NCBI GenBank assembly: GCA_009103225.1
Contig: RHPI01002533.1
Location: 1,865,186 to 1,929,185 of the forward strand
Length of the DNA: 64,000 bases
Direction of reading: 5' to 3'
Source: Chlorokybus atmophyticus
Lineage: Eukaryota > Plantae > Mesostigma and Chlorokybus algae
The notes under the pieces were generated by a model. That model had not been told where the DNA came from. It made no database searches and saw only the letters and a program-made list of their open reading frames with translations. Numbering within the stretch: position 1 is the stretch's first letter; each line of letters opens with the position of its first letter. A program made the position numbers and the translations under genes. Shown here piece by piece: positions 13,421 to 28,217 of the stretch.

Positions 13421-15232
13421 ATACCGGTAGGCAATTGGCGAAAACATGACCCCATGTTTTACGGCAAATGCGAATGCATGTTGAGGGTTGGCCTTCTTAT
13501 GCGTATTGTAGCAGGCAAGCGCAGTAGCTTGAAGCCATCGCAACTGCATCCAATCAGCGTTTAATAACATTCGTGTACACTATTAAGCATGGTTTTATAA
13601 TGTTATTTAAATTATGTTACGAGATAACGTGATAAAAATAATAATGCACATTTCATGTATGCATAGTTGTATGGTTGATTTGTCTCGTCATGCATGGTTG
13701 ATTTGTTTCGTCATAAATGGCAATGATGCAATGCTACGACCATAAATTGCATGCATACCAAATCACCGGGCTACACACTTAATGCTTGCACCGCATGTCG
13801 ATTGTGGTCTATTACACTGTTTACGACACTAGCTGTGCCCCCGTCAGACATGCCTACATGCAAGTACGTGTCGTAAGATCTGCCCATAAGGCGTTGTCTG
13901 TACCAAACACTAACTGTTTGTTGCTGAGTCACCTGCGTATGATGAGTACGATATGCATCACCAAATGTTGCATGACATAATTTGCAATTATGTGGTATCT
14001 ATGAAATGTAATGCTGTATACATCCGCTAGCTACTAGCAAGTGGACAAGAGTAGTATTCTTGCATGAGAATTCAATATTATGTGTTGTATGTGAGATTGA
14101 GGTATTAATTATAATTTGTTAATGCACGGATGTGTATGATTTGCATGTAAATGAGGGTTCAGTGGTTTACATGCTACATTCATCAGACAATGCAATATGA
14201 ACATGGTTAATAACTGATGAGTAACATTTGCTTGGGACATTTCATTACATTTTTATTTAACTAGTTGTCAATGTAAAGCTTAATATGTATGATTTGTAAT
14301 TAGATGAGGATACAATGATGAATTGATACCTTTCATAAGTAGCCATGCTTACCTTTTATCAAATAACGCAAAACTCCATACACATGATCAACGATGGATG
14401 AGTAGCATGTTTAGAACATAGTATTACTTTTGGGAAAAGAAAACTGGCTATCGAGCTTTTATATACTTTGAGCATGAAATGTAACTACCACAATTGGGAT
14501 TAACTTTCGTCACATGATGCACTTCTTTGCGAGCAACTTCTTTATCATTAATGAATTGTTAGAAGAGAACACTTCATGCGAGACCGCAAAGTACTACTGC
14601 GGCAATGAAGCGACCAAAATGTCATGTTAAGGTAATGTACCCCGTGTACACATGTACATATGCGATGTCTATACGCGTATGTATACGCACACACCGATAT
14701 GGTTGACCCAACTTGGCTTGGTTTAATTGTTAACACCACAACGCCACATATACACAATTATACACAACTATTACTGATGACAAAAATAAAACATGCAATA
14801 ATAGGCAGAACAATACAACACAATTCCACGTTGCAGGATGTAGGACACTAATCAAGTCTGATACAATGACGGGGTGCTTATACAAAGCCTGATATCGAAC
14901 AATACTACTACACAATGCATGTTGGCAATGATGTCACGGCGTACCATGCACACGCTGCAGAGCAGAACCAAGATTTGCTCACCTGCCACAATTGCGAGGT
15001 TGTCGTCCACCGGTTGAGATACAAGTCAAGGGCAGGGTCATAGTTATCGATGCATCCAACAAGCAAGCATGCAGAGTAGGATATTCGCCACCTTAAGCGC
15101 CTGACTTCTTGGCTTGATATTGCAATTTGAACCCAGGTAGTGTTACCGATGGCGCAGCCAGAAAGGAAAACCAGGTGCATAATGGATACATGCAGTTTAC
15201 AGGCCAAGCAACATGCACAAAACAGATGTCAA

Positions 15233-18200
15233 TCAGGATTCATCGCCCCAGCGTCCTCTTTCTGCTAGCGACTGGGGCTCGACATCACGCTGTACTGCTT
15301 CATGCTTGCGCCGTTCGTGTTTGCTTGAATGCCTGTGTGAACTTATGTCAGTTTCAGGCTGCAGCCATGACCCCATATAAGCACATGACATCTGAATGCT
15401 CCCGATGCAAGTGTGGCGGCACATGAAAGGCTTAAAGTTCACACATGCCAGCTGACAGCAGTACCTCTTTTCGTTGTGCCGCACATCATCCCTATCTCGT
15501 TTCTGCCGCCCATCACAGCCGTGACTGCAAACATGCAAAGCAAACAGTTCATATGCACTGCGACATGCACGTGCATGCCAGGTAGTCTGGTGCGTCCATA
15601 ACCAAGCTTGGGGACTGTAAGACAACCACAACACAAGGTCACACTTGAGCCAGGCTGTATCAAGCACCTGTTGAGCTGTCTACGGACACTTGGGCTGCGA
15701 CTTCGACTGCGGCATGCATTCGGATACCTGCTCGCCATATTAAAACTGCGCTCTCGGCTACGGCTTCTCCTGTCTTTCCAACGACTTCGGCTGCGGCTTT
15801 GGCTTCTACTGCGACTGCGGCTTCGGCTGCGATGATGACTTCTTCTATGTGAGCTGCCATCACGCCTTTGTGGCTGCTTGTGTGATTCTAGCGACTCTGG
15901 TATGTCCAAGTCAGCACGCCTGTAGGCGCCTCCAGGATTGGGGAAAGGGTGCAGGAAGTTGCATGTTTCACCCCTTGGACACACCTGAGACACGAGCACG
16001 GCCATGCACACACGTGCAGATACATACAGAGCAAGACGTAAGTCAGTCCAAGGTGTCAAGGTAGCGTCGCATTCAGAGGATATGCTAACAATGTCTGCTA
16101 AGTTGTTGCACCATCTCATTGATTGTGTATATGTTGCACCAATTGTGTTAAACCAACCAAGCTGAGTGTTTCCCAATGCAATGTGCTACCTGTCCTCGGC
16201 TGTAAGCGCCGCATATTGCAGAGCGCCATTTGTTCACAGGCACAAACTCGCATGCTACCTGCCAACAGGCAAGGTTACCATATCACATAGTGCCAACAAC
16301 AGATTGAACATGGCATTCAGACTTCTTGCAGGGAAAGAAAGGGAAAGGGGCAAATGGAGCATCCAACACAAATGAGCAAGCTGGAACCTGCTTTCCATCG
16401 TAGTAACGCGAGTTGATGCCAGCAAATGCGCTCACAGCAGACTCAACAGCATGGAACTGCACGTACACATTGCCCCGAAGATGTGGGCACTTGTTGCGGC
16501 AAACCTGAGAGTTGTACGTTTCAGCATGCAATCTTGATTAGGTGCCCACATGACAACGCACGAGTGCGCACCAGCAAACCAACCAACAAACAAACAGATC
16601 CACACACACACGCGTGTGCGCCCCCACCTTGAAGTTGACAATGGTTCCATAATGTGCAAACTCAGCATGGACTTCCTGGTAGAACTCCAAAAACTGCTCC
16701 ATCTCCGCATCTTCATCAGCCTGGAGTGATGCATACACACGTTAATTGTACAGTGTTTACAACTGTATGCTTGCCTTCCGTGTGTCAAACGAGGCGTGAA
16801 CGTCACTTCTGCAGGCATATATGCAACACAAAGCGAGCAGCAACATCATCAAGTTGAAACCTCCAACTCGTCTTGCGCATTAGCAGTAGCGGCAAACATC
16901 CCCGGCATGAGCAGTGTTGAAGAGGCTTCTGGCCTCGGATGCGCTCTCGAACAGCGTGCACCGAACCGACAGGCGCCCACTTTGAGGTAAAACGGACAGT
17001 ACATGCGGCTCTGTTTCAAAGAGCCAACGTTGTGACAAAAGCAACATTGCCAATCTTTACATCTACTAGAGGAGGACAAACATTGCCGTGAGAATCAACC
17101 CACCTTCTCAGTCCCGAAATTGTCTTCCGCGATGGCGTCTTTTGCGCAAAGGCGCGGTGTTGAGGCTGTAGGCACCAATGCGCGGGTCGGCGTAACACGC
17201 AGGAACTTTGGCGTCTGTGACAACAACCAACAATGGCAACGGAGGCTGCTGACACATCTCTCGCACATGAGGTTGATTCCAATGCCAAGTGTGTACGTAT
17301 AACATTGACACACAGGGGTGCACATAATGAGTGCGTTTGTGTACGAGTGCAAGAGTACAAGTATGAATGTACATGCTTATCTGCGCGCGTCTGCGCATGC
17401 TTGTGAGGGTGTATTACAAGCCTGACCTGAGAGCTGCCTTTGCCAGCACGTTTGATGATGATGTCATCGCCATCAAAGATAATCTCGGGCTCTCCATCGT
17501 CGGTGTCAGCTGATTCTTGCAGAGGTTGCAAACCAAGAACAACATCGCTTCTGTTGTCGGCAGCTGTTGCGAGGGAAGCTCGTTGTTGCAGCTCTTCACG
17601 CAGTGCTCGCTCGCGTGCCTCCCAGGCAGCTTCATCGATCAGAAACGAGCTAAAGTCTGTGGCTGACTCCTTCTGCAACCTCTCCTGCACGAAATAAACA
17701 AAGAGTGAGCTCAGCTCACACGACTGTAGCTGAATTTGCCAATGCAGGTTCAATGTGTCGTCTTACGCAACAGACTTATGGTTACGCATGCGCGCGCATG
17801 CACGCATTCCAAGCACAGGCACACGCACACGCACACGCACACGTACAGAGACGGGCACATTTGCATGCAACTGTACGGTATTGAGTTCGTGTCACATGCA
17901 TGATGCTTATGATACAACGCCAGACGCAGCGTAGTGTCAGTGCTAACATGCAGTGGATAAGGTATTATTGATGACATCGACAACCGCAACCGCCACGGCG
18001 ACCGCAACACATGTTGATGATGACGGCGACACGTGCAGGCATGTATAGCAAAACAGTATCGCATTGCACTTCATGCGTGCTGGCATGTAGCATGCATAGC
18101 TTGTGCACACCACACAGAAGTGCCAATCCCACACACCACGCTGCTTAACACTTGCAGCAAAAGAAAGAAACGGCAATGACGCCATGAGCAAGTTCACACC

Positions 18201-18478
18201 TGAGCAGTTCTGTTCTCCTCTACGACTCTCTGCCTTAGCTCGTCAAGGTCGGCATAGTCGCTTAAGGCAAGCTGCTGGCTGAGCTCCTCTCTGAGAGCTT
18301 CCGCACGGGCCTGGCGCACCCGCGAGCGCAGCAGCTTGCGTGCCAGCTGGCGCTTCGCCTTGCGGGCAGCCCCCTCGCCCAGCGCAGCTGCGGCCGTCCT
18401 CAGGCAGCTGCTGGTGGAGCAGCACGCAGCGGAAGCAGCAGCCTGCTGCTTTTCCTTTGAAGCGGCAGCACTATCCAT
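15233..18478 (-). CDS. ZRSR2: U2AF35-related splicing factor (ZRSR2/Urp-like: CCCH-UHM-CCCH-RS)
   Basis: Motifs seen: GEPEIIFDGDDIII, NFGTEK, CPFYLKVGACRFGARCSRAH, EQFLEFYQEVHAEFAHYGTIVNFK|VCRNKCPHLRGNVYV, WRSAICG, CPRGETCNFLH and an RS tail. The last exon and stop are uncertain (about 15233-15440). Confidence 0.9.
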
Positions 18479-20052
18479 GCATACACATGAACGCAACCAA
18501 GCAAGCAAGCATCGAGCAGCTAAGCCAAGTTGCTGCTGCTCTCCTCTCAGCGCAGCTCCTGCTACTTGATGAGCTCACTGAGCTCAATTGACTGAACTCA
18601 CTCACATGTCGTGCCAGCTGTCCTTGCTGCTTTTGTGCGACAATATGCTGGTTGAGATTGGCTACATGTTCAACACACGCTGCCTGTCCAAATCAACACC
18701 CACACTGTCGTCGCCACTGCCGCCTTCAACAACTAGCAAAGCTGAAAAATGTCAAGCCACCCCGACGCAGTGGCAAGGTTGTTGGGGGCATGGGCGGCGG
18801 CATAGCCGGCGGTGCCGGCGGTGGTGTCGGTCGGGAAGTTAAGGGCATCGATTGCGTGCGTGCCACGGGTCTGCGGCGCTGCCCGCTGCGCCCGCCCGCA
18901 CAGCTGTCAGGGTGCAGTCTTTAACTGCTTGGAGCGTTGAGGCAGTGGCAGGAGCAGCAGCAGAGAGGCGTTGCGTATGCTGAAGTTTGATGCATGTTTG
19001 CTTGGTGTATAATATTAGTATTTGTGGGTGGGTGGGTGGGTGGGTGGCGGTGTGGGCGATATGATTATGCATTGTTATCAAACAAGGACGTTGTGGTGCA
19101 AAGTTTGCCGGCAAGCAACACATGCTAAATGCACCAAGCGTCGAGTTTCTGAAAGTTGATGTTCATTCAATGTGAGTACCTATTTGTTTTCGATTGTGCT
19201 GGTTGGTGAGAGCCGTGTCTCTACGCTAAGAATGGTGGCATTCAAAACAAAGCACTACAAGCTGCAACTGGAAGCTGTTCAAAGTGTGGGCCACAGGCTG
19301 TGGCGTCAGTGCTCATGTTGCCGGGTCGCATGTGGGAATACTCCACCCAAAGCAAATGGTCACCAAGCTCTCATTCAATGCGAGGTACACGTGCAGCAGC
19401 AGTTGCATGAAAGGGCTTTGGGAATGTGCTTACGAACTAGGTAGGCTTATGTAAATCAACAGTCTATACAGAGGGGCAGTAGGAGGAGGGGTAGAGTAGA
19501 AGGTAGAGTTAGCCCGGTGATCGTACTTGCAGGTGCGTGTGGTTTGCCTATGCGACGTATGGTGCAAAAATGCAAGTTCCAAACAGCCTCGTGCTTATCC
19601 TGTACATGTACATGGGTAGAGCAGCACAGCATGCTGCACGCTGTGCTGCTTTACCCCACACACGAGTTACAGAGAACACACCACTCAGCACGGTACGCCA
19701 CCTTCGCACATATATCATGCCGCAATTACTGCATCCATTTTCAGTACACACCGCATACAGCCCAGCACGTCACCCCCATGCACACCACATGGCCTTCGCT
19801 GTGGGTCCACGCATTATTTGTCAAAGATGGCATGCTAACAGTGGCCGGATGGCCTTCGGTTGCCCATCGACGCTAGCACATAACAAACTATACACATGAG
19901 TGCATGTGTCCATGCACGCTTGCGTGACCCGTGGGTGCATTATGTTGAGAGATATGCAAGACAGCCCTGATGCTGCTGAAAGCGATCTTCGAGTGATCAC
20001 ATGCAGGAACGTGCCAAGCGGACTGGACATATTTCAGACAGAAAGACACAAG

Positions 20053-23000
20053 TCAAGTAGCCTGCCAAGTTCTCAACACAGCCCAGTCCCACACAACAGC
20101 ATCCTTGTCTCTCTGTTCTGTAGTTGTGTCCTGCGCTGCTTCAGCAGTGATTTCCGGCAAGCCTGAAAGCGCGTCTGCCTGAGCGGCTGCATGCTCTTCG
20201 CAATAGCGTGCCAACGCGTCCCGCAGCACACGCGCGAGGGCAGCCTCACCCAACATCACAAGCACCTCTGCAAGCTGCCCAACCTGCCCACAAAAAGGAA
20301 GAGATGTTAACTGTTTATACACGTATGAGATGTTGCGATGAACTTTGTGACTTGTCAATGCAGACTTACTTCTTCCTTCAACCGTGCATGGGGCTGCAAA
20401 CCTTGTATGTACTGGATGAGGCCAAGCTCCTCGCCCGGGCTGCGCATCACAAGAGCAACGACTCCGCATCAACAGCAGCAACGCACCAAGGAAGAACATG
20501 ACGACAATGTTTGCACTCTTGCAAAGAGGGTGATACTCTTCCTGATGTGTGCAGCGTACCTGCCAGCGCGCACTCTCCCCGCTTTCTTGGACTGCTGCCT
20601 TGCAGCTCGCTTGGCTCGATGTGCAGCTGAACACACATACACCGCTCATGAACACTGCTTGAAGGTCTCAGTTCACCTTTCCTAGATTAGCCCCAAGCAT
20701 ACTTGCAACTATGCTGTCATCACCAAGCAAACACAACTCCAAGAAACATGGTAATCCTGCTGTCGCTTCAGAAAAACGCGGACACACATTCGCGCCCGCG
20801 CACCCGCACCCACACACGCACACGCACACACGCATGCACACACGCACGCATGCACGCGCGCGCGCACACGCACGCACATGTCAGTGCGCACACAAGCACA
20901 CGATGCAATGCACTTTGGACAAACGCCATGCATAACATGGACTTACTTGATGCGCCGCTGGCGGAGGAGACAGTGCTGGCAGTGCGGTTGTAGGCTGAGA
21001 GAGCGGAGATGCCGGTGACATTGGTGGCAGCCGTGGAGGCGACAGAGGCAGCATCGTCAAACTCCACAGCATGACCGTTCTCGTATCCACCCTCACGTTC
21101 TTCGGCCTCTCTCACGTGCAAAGCCAGCGCTCTACGCTTGGCGCGCACCGCCTGAAGACGCTCCAGATACTTGGACACCTTCTCCACCTATTACGCAGCG
21201 CAACACAGTATGATGCAACCATGCCTCATTGAAGCAGCCTATAAGTGTGTGTGCTTGCGCATGCATGTGTGAGTACGAGCTTGTCTGTATGTGCTGCGAG
21301 CGTGGGTGTGTACGCAGTTGTGCGTGCATGCATGCGTGTGCGTGTGCGCGTGCATGCATATATACCTATCATCCTTTACCCCTCCTGCAGTGAGTGTGTA
21401 TACCTGTTCCTGAAGCTCCGCAATGTGGGTCTCAGCTGCTTCAATTGCAGGGGCACGTGTGTCAGCGCCAGCAAGCGCGGCGGCATCCCGCCATTCCCGT
21501 CCCTCCAGCAGGATGTCTGCCGCCAGCTTCACGTCACCCAAGTGCTGCGATGCTATCTGAGCCGCCTCCACTGCTCGACCGGATACACGCACCTGACAAG
21601 GAGAAACCGATCAGGCACCAATTCACATGATTAGCAATATGTTGGGTTCGGGATAGCTGTGCACAGCGCCTGGATGCAAAAGGATTTAATGGGGAGTACC
21701 TGAGCAAGCAGGTCGTGGGCGAGCTTGACAATGTCTGGCTCGCTGCGGTTGGTCATGCGCGCCAGAGCAAGCGCCTGGCGCCAATGACCGCCAACTTTAT
21801 ACGCTGCCAATGCCCGCTCAGGCTGCAAAACATGTACAAACATTTACAGCTTTAGGCTCAGAAGCTCAGCAATGGTGACCTGACGAGTCCAACATGGTAG
21901 AGAAAAACTCCTAATGTAGTTGTGACTCCACACATTGCTCAACAGCTGAAAGGGCAACACGTTGTATCGCATGCATACTCAGTTACCTGTCCAGCAGCAG
22001 CAAAGGCAAGCGCAGCCTCCTGGAACTCCTTTTGGCGCTCAAGATGCTCAGCGTAGAGCTCGAGCACGGCAGCTTTCTTCTCACCACCATCGTCGCCGCC
22101 TTCACCTCCGCTGAACAGCTGCAGGCCCAGCTGGTACAGCTGCCGCTGACGAATGAGAGCCAAACATGCCTGGAAATGCTCCGCGCCTGCAAGAGGGAAG
22201 GGACTCACAAGTTACAGTTGTATGTGAGGCGCATGGTGCGCGTGTGCGTGTGCGTGCACACGGTTGCCGGTGCATGTGTGTGGGTGAAGATGTACGCATT
22301 TGTATGTGTGTTCTCCCTGAACACACGCGTGCATGTTTGTCCAAGGAGCATACGTTCAGTCTAGAAAGCACATGACATTGTCTCTCCCACATGCCTGCTT
22401 GTGACAGGCTCTCAAGGGCTTTCGCCCAGCGGCCCAGCGACTTGTCAATCTCAGCCTGGCGCAAAGCAACTGGAAGGGACTGCGACATGAAGCAAAGCCC
22501 GTTGAAATGAAATTACTGTTTATTTCGTCGGTGACACACAAGCGAGCAACCACCCCACCTGCAGCTGTTCGAGCTCGGGCAAGAACTCCCTGGGGTCTTC
22601 TCCAGCCTGGGCGGCAACCATGGCAGCGAGGTGAAGGTCGTACGTGCCGAGGGCTGCACGGAAGAGCAGTCTTGAGGAAGGAAGTGCTCCAACGTTGCCG
22701 CCGGCTTTCCCATTGGCAGCCTCCAGCCCCTTGGCCTCGCGCACCCCCTGCGCCAGGAAGATCAGGTGCGCAAGGGCGTCTGATGAGGTTGTGTCTGGGG
22801 GAAAGAAGCTGGGCCGAGGGGAGATGTTCATCTCAGACTCACGAAGCACCTGCATGAGAGACTAACAGCTCTGTGCACATGCACGTGTCTGCGCGTATAC
22901 ACGTGTATGTTATCCGATCTGTGCTGGTGTGTGTGCCTGTGCAGATGTGCGCAGGCACGTATGCGCCCATTTGCGTAGGTGTGGAACGCTATGTGATCGC

Positions 23001-26000
23001 AGTCATCTCTTGCAACTTGCCTTGATTTGTAGCAGCGCTGCTTCAAGCTCAGGAGGGTCACATCTCACATAGGAAGCCAGTACGCACTGCCATGCGTTGC
23101 GCAGCAGCGCGCGGCCCCCCTCGGCAATGTTTGCGTCTTGCACAAGTGCTTTGCGAACGGCCTCGCACACAGCGTTGACACCAGCCTTGTCCAGACCCTC
23201 ACCGTCCCGCAGGGCACTGAGGACCTCACCGATAAGAGACGCATCACCAACCTGCTCACACCGCAAGGCGGCTTCAGCACTGTTGGCAGCTCAGTGTCTT
23301 GCAATTGTGTAAATGCCCCAAGCATGTATGCACGTACGCAAGCGTCAAGCTTGCTGCAACACGCTTGCGCATGTGCAAACACATGCTTGTGTACGCACAT
23401 GTGTGTGCTTACGGACATGTGCATAGTTCTACACACCTGCGCCACAAACTCTGAGGCTCTTGACAAAAAGGTTGGCCAGGTGTGTGCGGCAATGATGCTC
23501 AGGCTGACACGGTTGCGGCGTGCAATGTCCAACGCATTGCGAAACTGGTGGCTGTCTAAAAGGCGCCGCACTGCAGGAAGCACAAGCGGTCGCGGGTACA
23601 CCGTCTCCAGGTTGCCACGCGGCATCTGCATGATGGACTTGTTTGCAGCTGCTGAGGTAAAACATCATACGTGCATGCACATAACCTCACACACACTTGG
23701 CTTGCCATGCGCGCGCCTGCATGCACACATGCACGCATCGGCAACATACACCAGCATGTACCTGGAGAACAACGCCGACTCCGCCGGCCACCCCAGCGCA
23801 TACCAGCCTGGCCCGCTGCTCCAGCGCACGTCCACTGAGAAGTGTTATCAGCTGCTGGCGCAAGCGTGCATGCATCGGGCCAAGCAGCACACAACAACCC
23901 ACCTCGAGATGCTGTCCTTATTGGTTCGTACAAACAGCAGGTCACCCAACGTCGTGTACACAACGGTACCGTCTGCGAAGAGCGCGATGCTGGTGGCATC
24001 GCTGGCGATTATGCTTATGTCTGCTTCGGTTGACTGAAGCAACTTCCTGTCTTTGGTAAGGCCTATGACACACTCCGGTGAAGTGCCCACCCTCATTGCT
24101 CCACATGGGGATGGGAATGGCTTCAACGTGGACATGACCTTCCCAAGCGCCGACACAACAAACAGCGTGTTCTCTGTTTGCACTACCAGTCTGGGTGGAT
24201 GTGATGAAGGCTCAGGACCATTGTCAAAGGGTGTAAGCCGCACAATCGATGAAGTCAGCGGTGTCGTTGCCACCATTGCATCTTTGTCGTTGCCAAGTGC
24301 GATCGCAATCAACGTGTCGGGTGCGTCGATGATGCACGCATCTGCACTTTGACATGCAGCGAGAAACAAGCTGCCGTCACAATATGCCAGCTGGCGTGCA
24401 CGTGTGCCCACATCCTCCTCATCATCGGTACCGAGCCTGCATGTTGCCCGTTGATGTTGATGCGTTCAAAAGCTGTGTAAGTTCAAGGCACGTACAACAT
24501 GACATGAGCTCACACACCTGGGTGGTGGGATAACGCGCTGAGGCTTGCAGTGAGGCTCAACATCCTCTGGGTTTGCTGAAAGCTCGGTCCACTCCTGCTG
24601 CGATTTGCGCTCCAACAACGCAACAGACCCATCTGATAAGAGCGCCGCCAAGACCTGCCATGACACAAAGACTATTGAGTATTATAGCAGATATTCAACA
24701 CACCAGTGAAGAAATGTGTGGTAAACCGCACAACTCTTGATACATGCATCAACAGTGTCACCTGAGTGCCATCAACTGCGCCAGAGACGGAGGCATGGAT
24801 GACAGGGGCGGAGGTGTCCATGACAACATGGCACATCGGGGGCGGGATCACACCGGCATGCAGATCCGTTATGCGCACCGAGCACCCATCCGCAACCTGA
24901 GTTTCATTTGTGGTGTTTGGGTACAGCAGTGTCCAACCAGTAGGCGGACCTGACTAGCCAGCTTCAAAATAGAAAACTGCACTCTGGCATGCTGTCCAAC
25001 GTGCACACATTCGTGAAGTGCTGTCACACACGCACGCATGATCTAACCGCGTGTCCCTATAGCGCAAGGGCGTTGAACAGCCATATCAGCTAGCGGACTC
25101 AAACTCGTCGCAGCACAGCACAGTATGGACTTGAGAGAAGACCTCTGTTTACCGCAGCAATGCACAGGGTTCCTAGAGCAGCACTTTCCCATGCCAGCGT
25201 GTACTCCCGCACGTCATCGACGTGCCGTGCGTCCCGGCAAAGGACAATCAGGTGCAGCGGGATCGCACCCCACATCGCGCGAGGACATGCGGCGGGGGAG
25301 AAGCGCCACTCCTGCCTCAGGTACCAGCGCCAGTTGCTGCTGTGCCAGATCTGTTGCATGCAGTTGTTACCTAGCCTGCTCCGTTCCGCTTGTAAGCAAC
25401 ATATTAAACCAGACCAGACCAGCCTGGCCCAGACCAGACCAGATTGAACCTGACTTAGCTAGAACCGACCAGAGCAGATCACAGACACACCTGTACTGCG
25501 GTGAACTCGGCAGAGTGCAGGACAAGAAGAAGGAGCTCGGAGTCTGCAGACCAGCTAATAGAGCCCACTTCAGTCTGCAGAGAGAACCACGCAGCTTGAT
25601 GCAGAGCTGCTGCAAGCACGAGTGCATGTGCACGCACACAGTGCGTGCGCGTGATAGAGCATGCAAGATGACTGGAAGACTATGTGTTTACTCAAGACCC
25701 ACCTTAGGATAGATTAGTGGGAAGCTCGTGCGCGGCAACCCATTGCGTTCATACAGCGCGACAATTGGCGGCGAAGCCGCTGTTGACTCTCCTCCTTGAC
25801 TTGCACGCCATCCTTGCCCCGCCGCAATGAAACTGCCATTGGGTCGCCACGACATTGGACCCTGATAACAAACATGCAATCATAAGTAACAGTGTATCAA
25901 ACATCAAATGTAAGATGCTTGGTTTGATACTATCAATATACCTGGCAGGATTGCAGACAGGTTGAGTGGAGCACAAGACCTTCCCTCTCCCACACACGTA

Positions 26001-27301
26001 GTTGGCCATAAGGGTTGTGTCGCGTAAGTTTGCAGTTGTCACCTTGACTTGCGCTATCAGCGTCCGGCACATGCGTGGCCAAGTATTTGCCGTCTCCACG
26101 CCAACATATTGAGACCGTCTCGACATCACGGTGTGGCTCTCCCTCAGCTAACACACTCCCTTCCGCCAGCACATCCCACGTCAAGAGGCTCAGCAGCATC
26201 AGCGCCCCTGTCTTGGTTGATATTGCCAACACCTCCCCATCCGGACTCCATGCCGCACCTGGTTGGCTGTAGTTCAATTGACAAAGCAGTGCATACCAAT
26301 GAAAACCCTTCAAGATATTTCACGTTCGCAGTAGGATGTGCATGTGCATCACAGGAGAGGGCATGCGCACAATGCCAACATGGGCGAGTGGGTGGGTGTC
26401 TCTCTGCATGTGTGCATGTGCGTGTGCGCACACATGCATGCAGGCGCATGTGCACGTGTGCTGGCGCGTGCGTGCATGCGTGGGTGTGTGCATGCGTGTG
26501 CTAATGTGTTGCATGAACCGACATGACCAAGGTGTTTCAACCTGATATGCCAGCATCAACTCTGCCCACTTCTTCCCATATAGCTTCTTCCGGTCTGAAC
26601 ACGGCAAGCAGGCCCGAAGCCCAGGCCGCGCACAAGCCATCATCCACGCTCTGAAAGCCCACAACACCGCTGGTGAAGTTGTCCATTACGGGAACGTCCG
26701 ACTGCCAGCCCTGGCCTGGAGCGCACTCGTACAGAACCTAGTGAGGAGGAATTGCAACTGCTTCTTGTTACCACGAGCACAACCAGACTCCCGATCACCA
26801 ACAGCATGAGACATGGGTGTCGCATGAGACTACAAGAATTAGTTGCTCTGTGACAGTATGCACATGGTGCATGCTCAGTTGCAATATTGCACGGAGAGAT
26901 GCACACCTTCATGTCAAACGGTAACAGTATGACAGCAACAAAAGGAAAGCACAAATTACTGGGCTCGGATGTGATATACATACTACGCTCACATATGCCA
27001 TTGATAAGTGACACTTGATGTCACAAGTGTGTAGTTGATAACGCTTGTTACACTGAGAGTAACACAACGCTATTGGGAATTCACCATTTAAGCCTCATGC
27101 ATGCATGCAACTAGATTGGATTCCCAAATCAACAATAGACACCATAATCCTTGCCTGTTCTTGGCTGTAGCCAGTAACCCTTCCGTCAGCGTACAGCACA
27201 TGCAGCTCGCCTTCGGCCGAGTCGGCCACGGCAGCAGCCGGCGGGGAGGCGGCAGCGGGAAGTTTCCGCCGCCGCTCCAACAGCACCAGCAGGTTCTTCA
27301 T
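20053..27301 (-). CDS. ELP1: Elongator complex protein 1 (IKI3/IKAP), many exons
   Basis: Motifs seen: MKNLLVLLE, ICWRGDGKYLAT, MSWRPNGSFIAA, YERNGL, ISWSADSELL, IWHSSNWRWYLRQE, QMPRGNLETVYPRPLVL, ALGTYDLHLAAMVAAQAGEDPREFLPELEQL, EIDKSLGRW and KAGRVRAG|SPGEE. Stop at 20053. Confidence 0.95.
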
Positions 27302-27593
27302 GACCCAAAACCTAGCCTAAAACCCCTGCTAGCCAGCGCCTCGCCCAAGACGACAGTGCACACCGCTAACGCCGCCGCATCGGCGCCATGCCTGCTGCTG
27401 TGCATTCCGCTGATGTATGCAGGCCTTCATGTAAGACTTGCAATGTGGCGAGTTCATCTTTATAAACAAGAAGGGGGCATAGTACAAAAACGAGGGGGTA
27501 ATTGAAAAAGTATGGCATTGTGGACGGGTGAACAATGATACATGACTCTATGAACTGTTATGCTTTAATTTATAATCATAATAACATTGACTA

Positions 27594-27776
27594 CCGTAGT
27601 GCCACAAAATCTTCGTAACATAAGTAATTTGGCAGGGGCCATTTACGAATTGTTTGATAATTTCCCGGCGGCTGATGCAATGACCTGAAACGAAATGCAT
27701 AGGTTGGCGGAGTTCATGCTAAATACATATATCATAAACTTTGACGGCTCGCTTAATAGTATTCGTGGCACTACAG
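27594..27776. mobile_element. 183-bp MITE (Tc1/mariner-pogo type) with TA target-site duplication
   Basis: TA|CCGTAGTGCCAC ... GTGGCACTACAG|TA gives 11/12-nt terminal inverted repeats with TA on both sides. Confidence 0.75.
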
Positions 27777-27817
27777 TATGTATGACCGTTTGATAAGATG
27801 AGTTCTTTGGCGGGTTA

Positions 27818-28217
27818 CAGTCCACCCCCGCTAAGAGACTTTGCTTCCAATGTTTAACCTCGCCAACAGCATACATTAAAATCACAAACGGAGTACGTGC
27901 AAAAATTGATGCCTACGAAAAAATGCTCAACCGCGAAGATCAGTTCTATAGTTCATGTAATCTTCACAAACTTGTGAGGATAGTGAGCAATGTTTAATGG
28001 TCGGGGGAGAAGAAGCGCGTGACGGGCATGGCATAAGGTGTGATGGGCGTGATAAACAAGGCGTGATGGATAGCGTGTTACGCGTATACAGCGTAATGAA
28101 CATGATGAGCGTGGTGTGATGCGCGTGACGTGATGGGCGATAGCATCATTAAGCTCTTGACATCCAAGAGCATAAGATAGCGAAGGATAAACAGTAAGCT
28201 CTGAAAGGGGCAGACTG
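27818..28217 (-). mobile_element. MITE family A, copy 1 (pogo/Tigger-like), inverted relative to copy 2
   Basis: Left end TA|CAGTCCACCCCCGCTAAGAG, degenerate right end ...ggggcagactg|TA. The reverse complement matches 54271-54740, including aagtctcttagcgg.ggt.gactgta, ctcttggatgtcaagag and the TCACG arrays. Confidence 0.65.

Noticed and set aside
18650-19900. Possible small gene between ZRSR2 and ELP1
   Set aside because: No consistent exon chain or motif could be built.
25405-25445. (CCAGA)n tract
   Set aside because: It is an ordinary short intronic microsatellite in ELP1.
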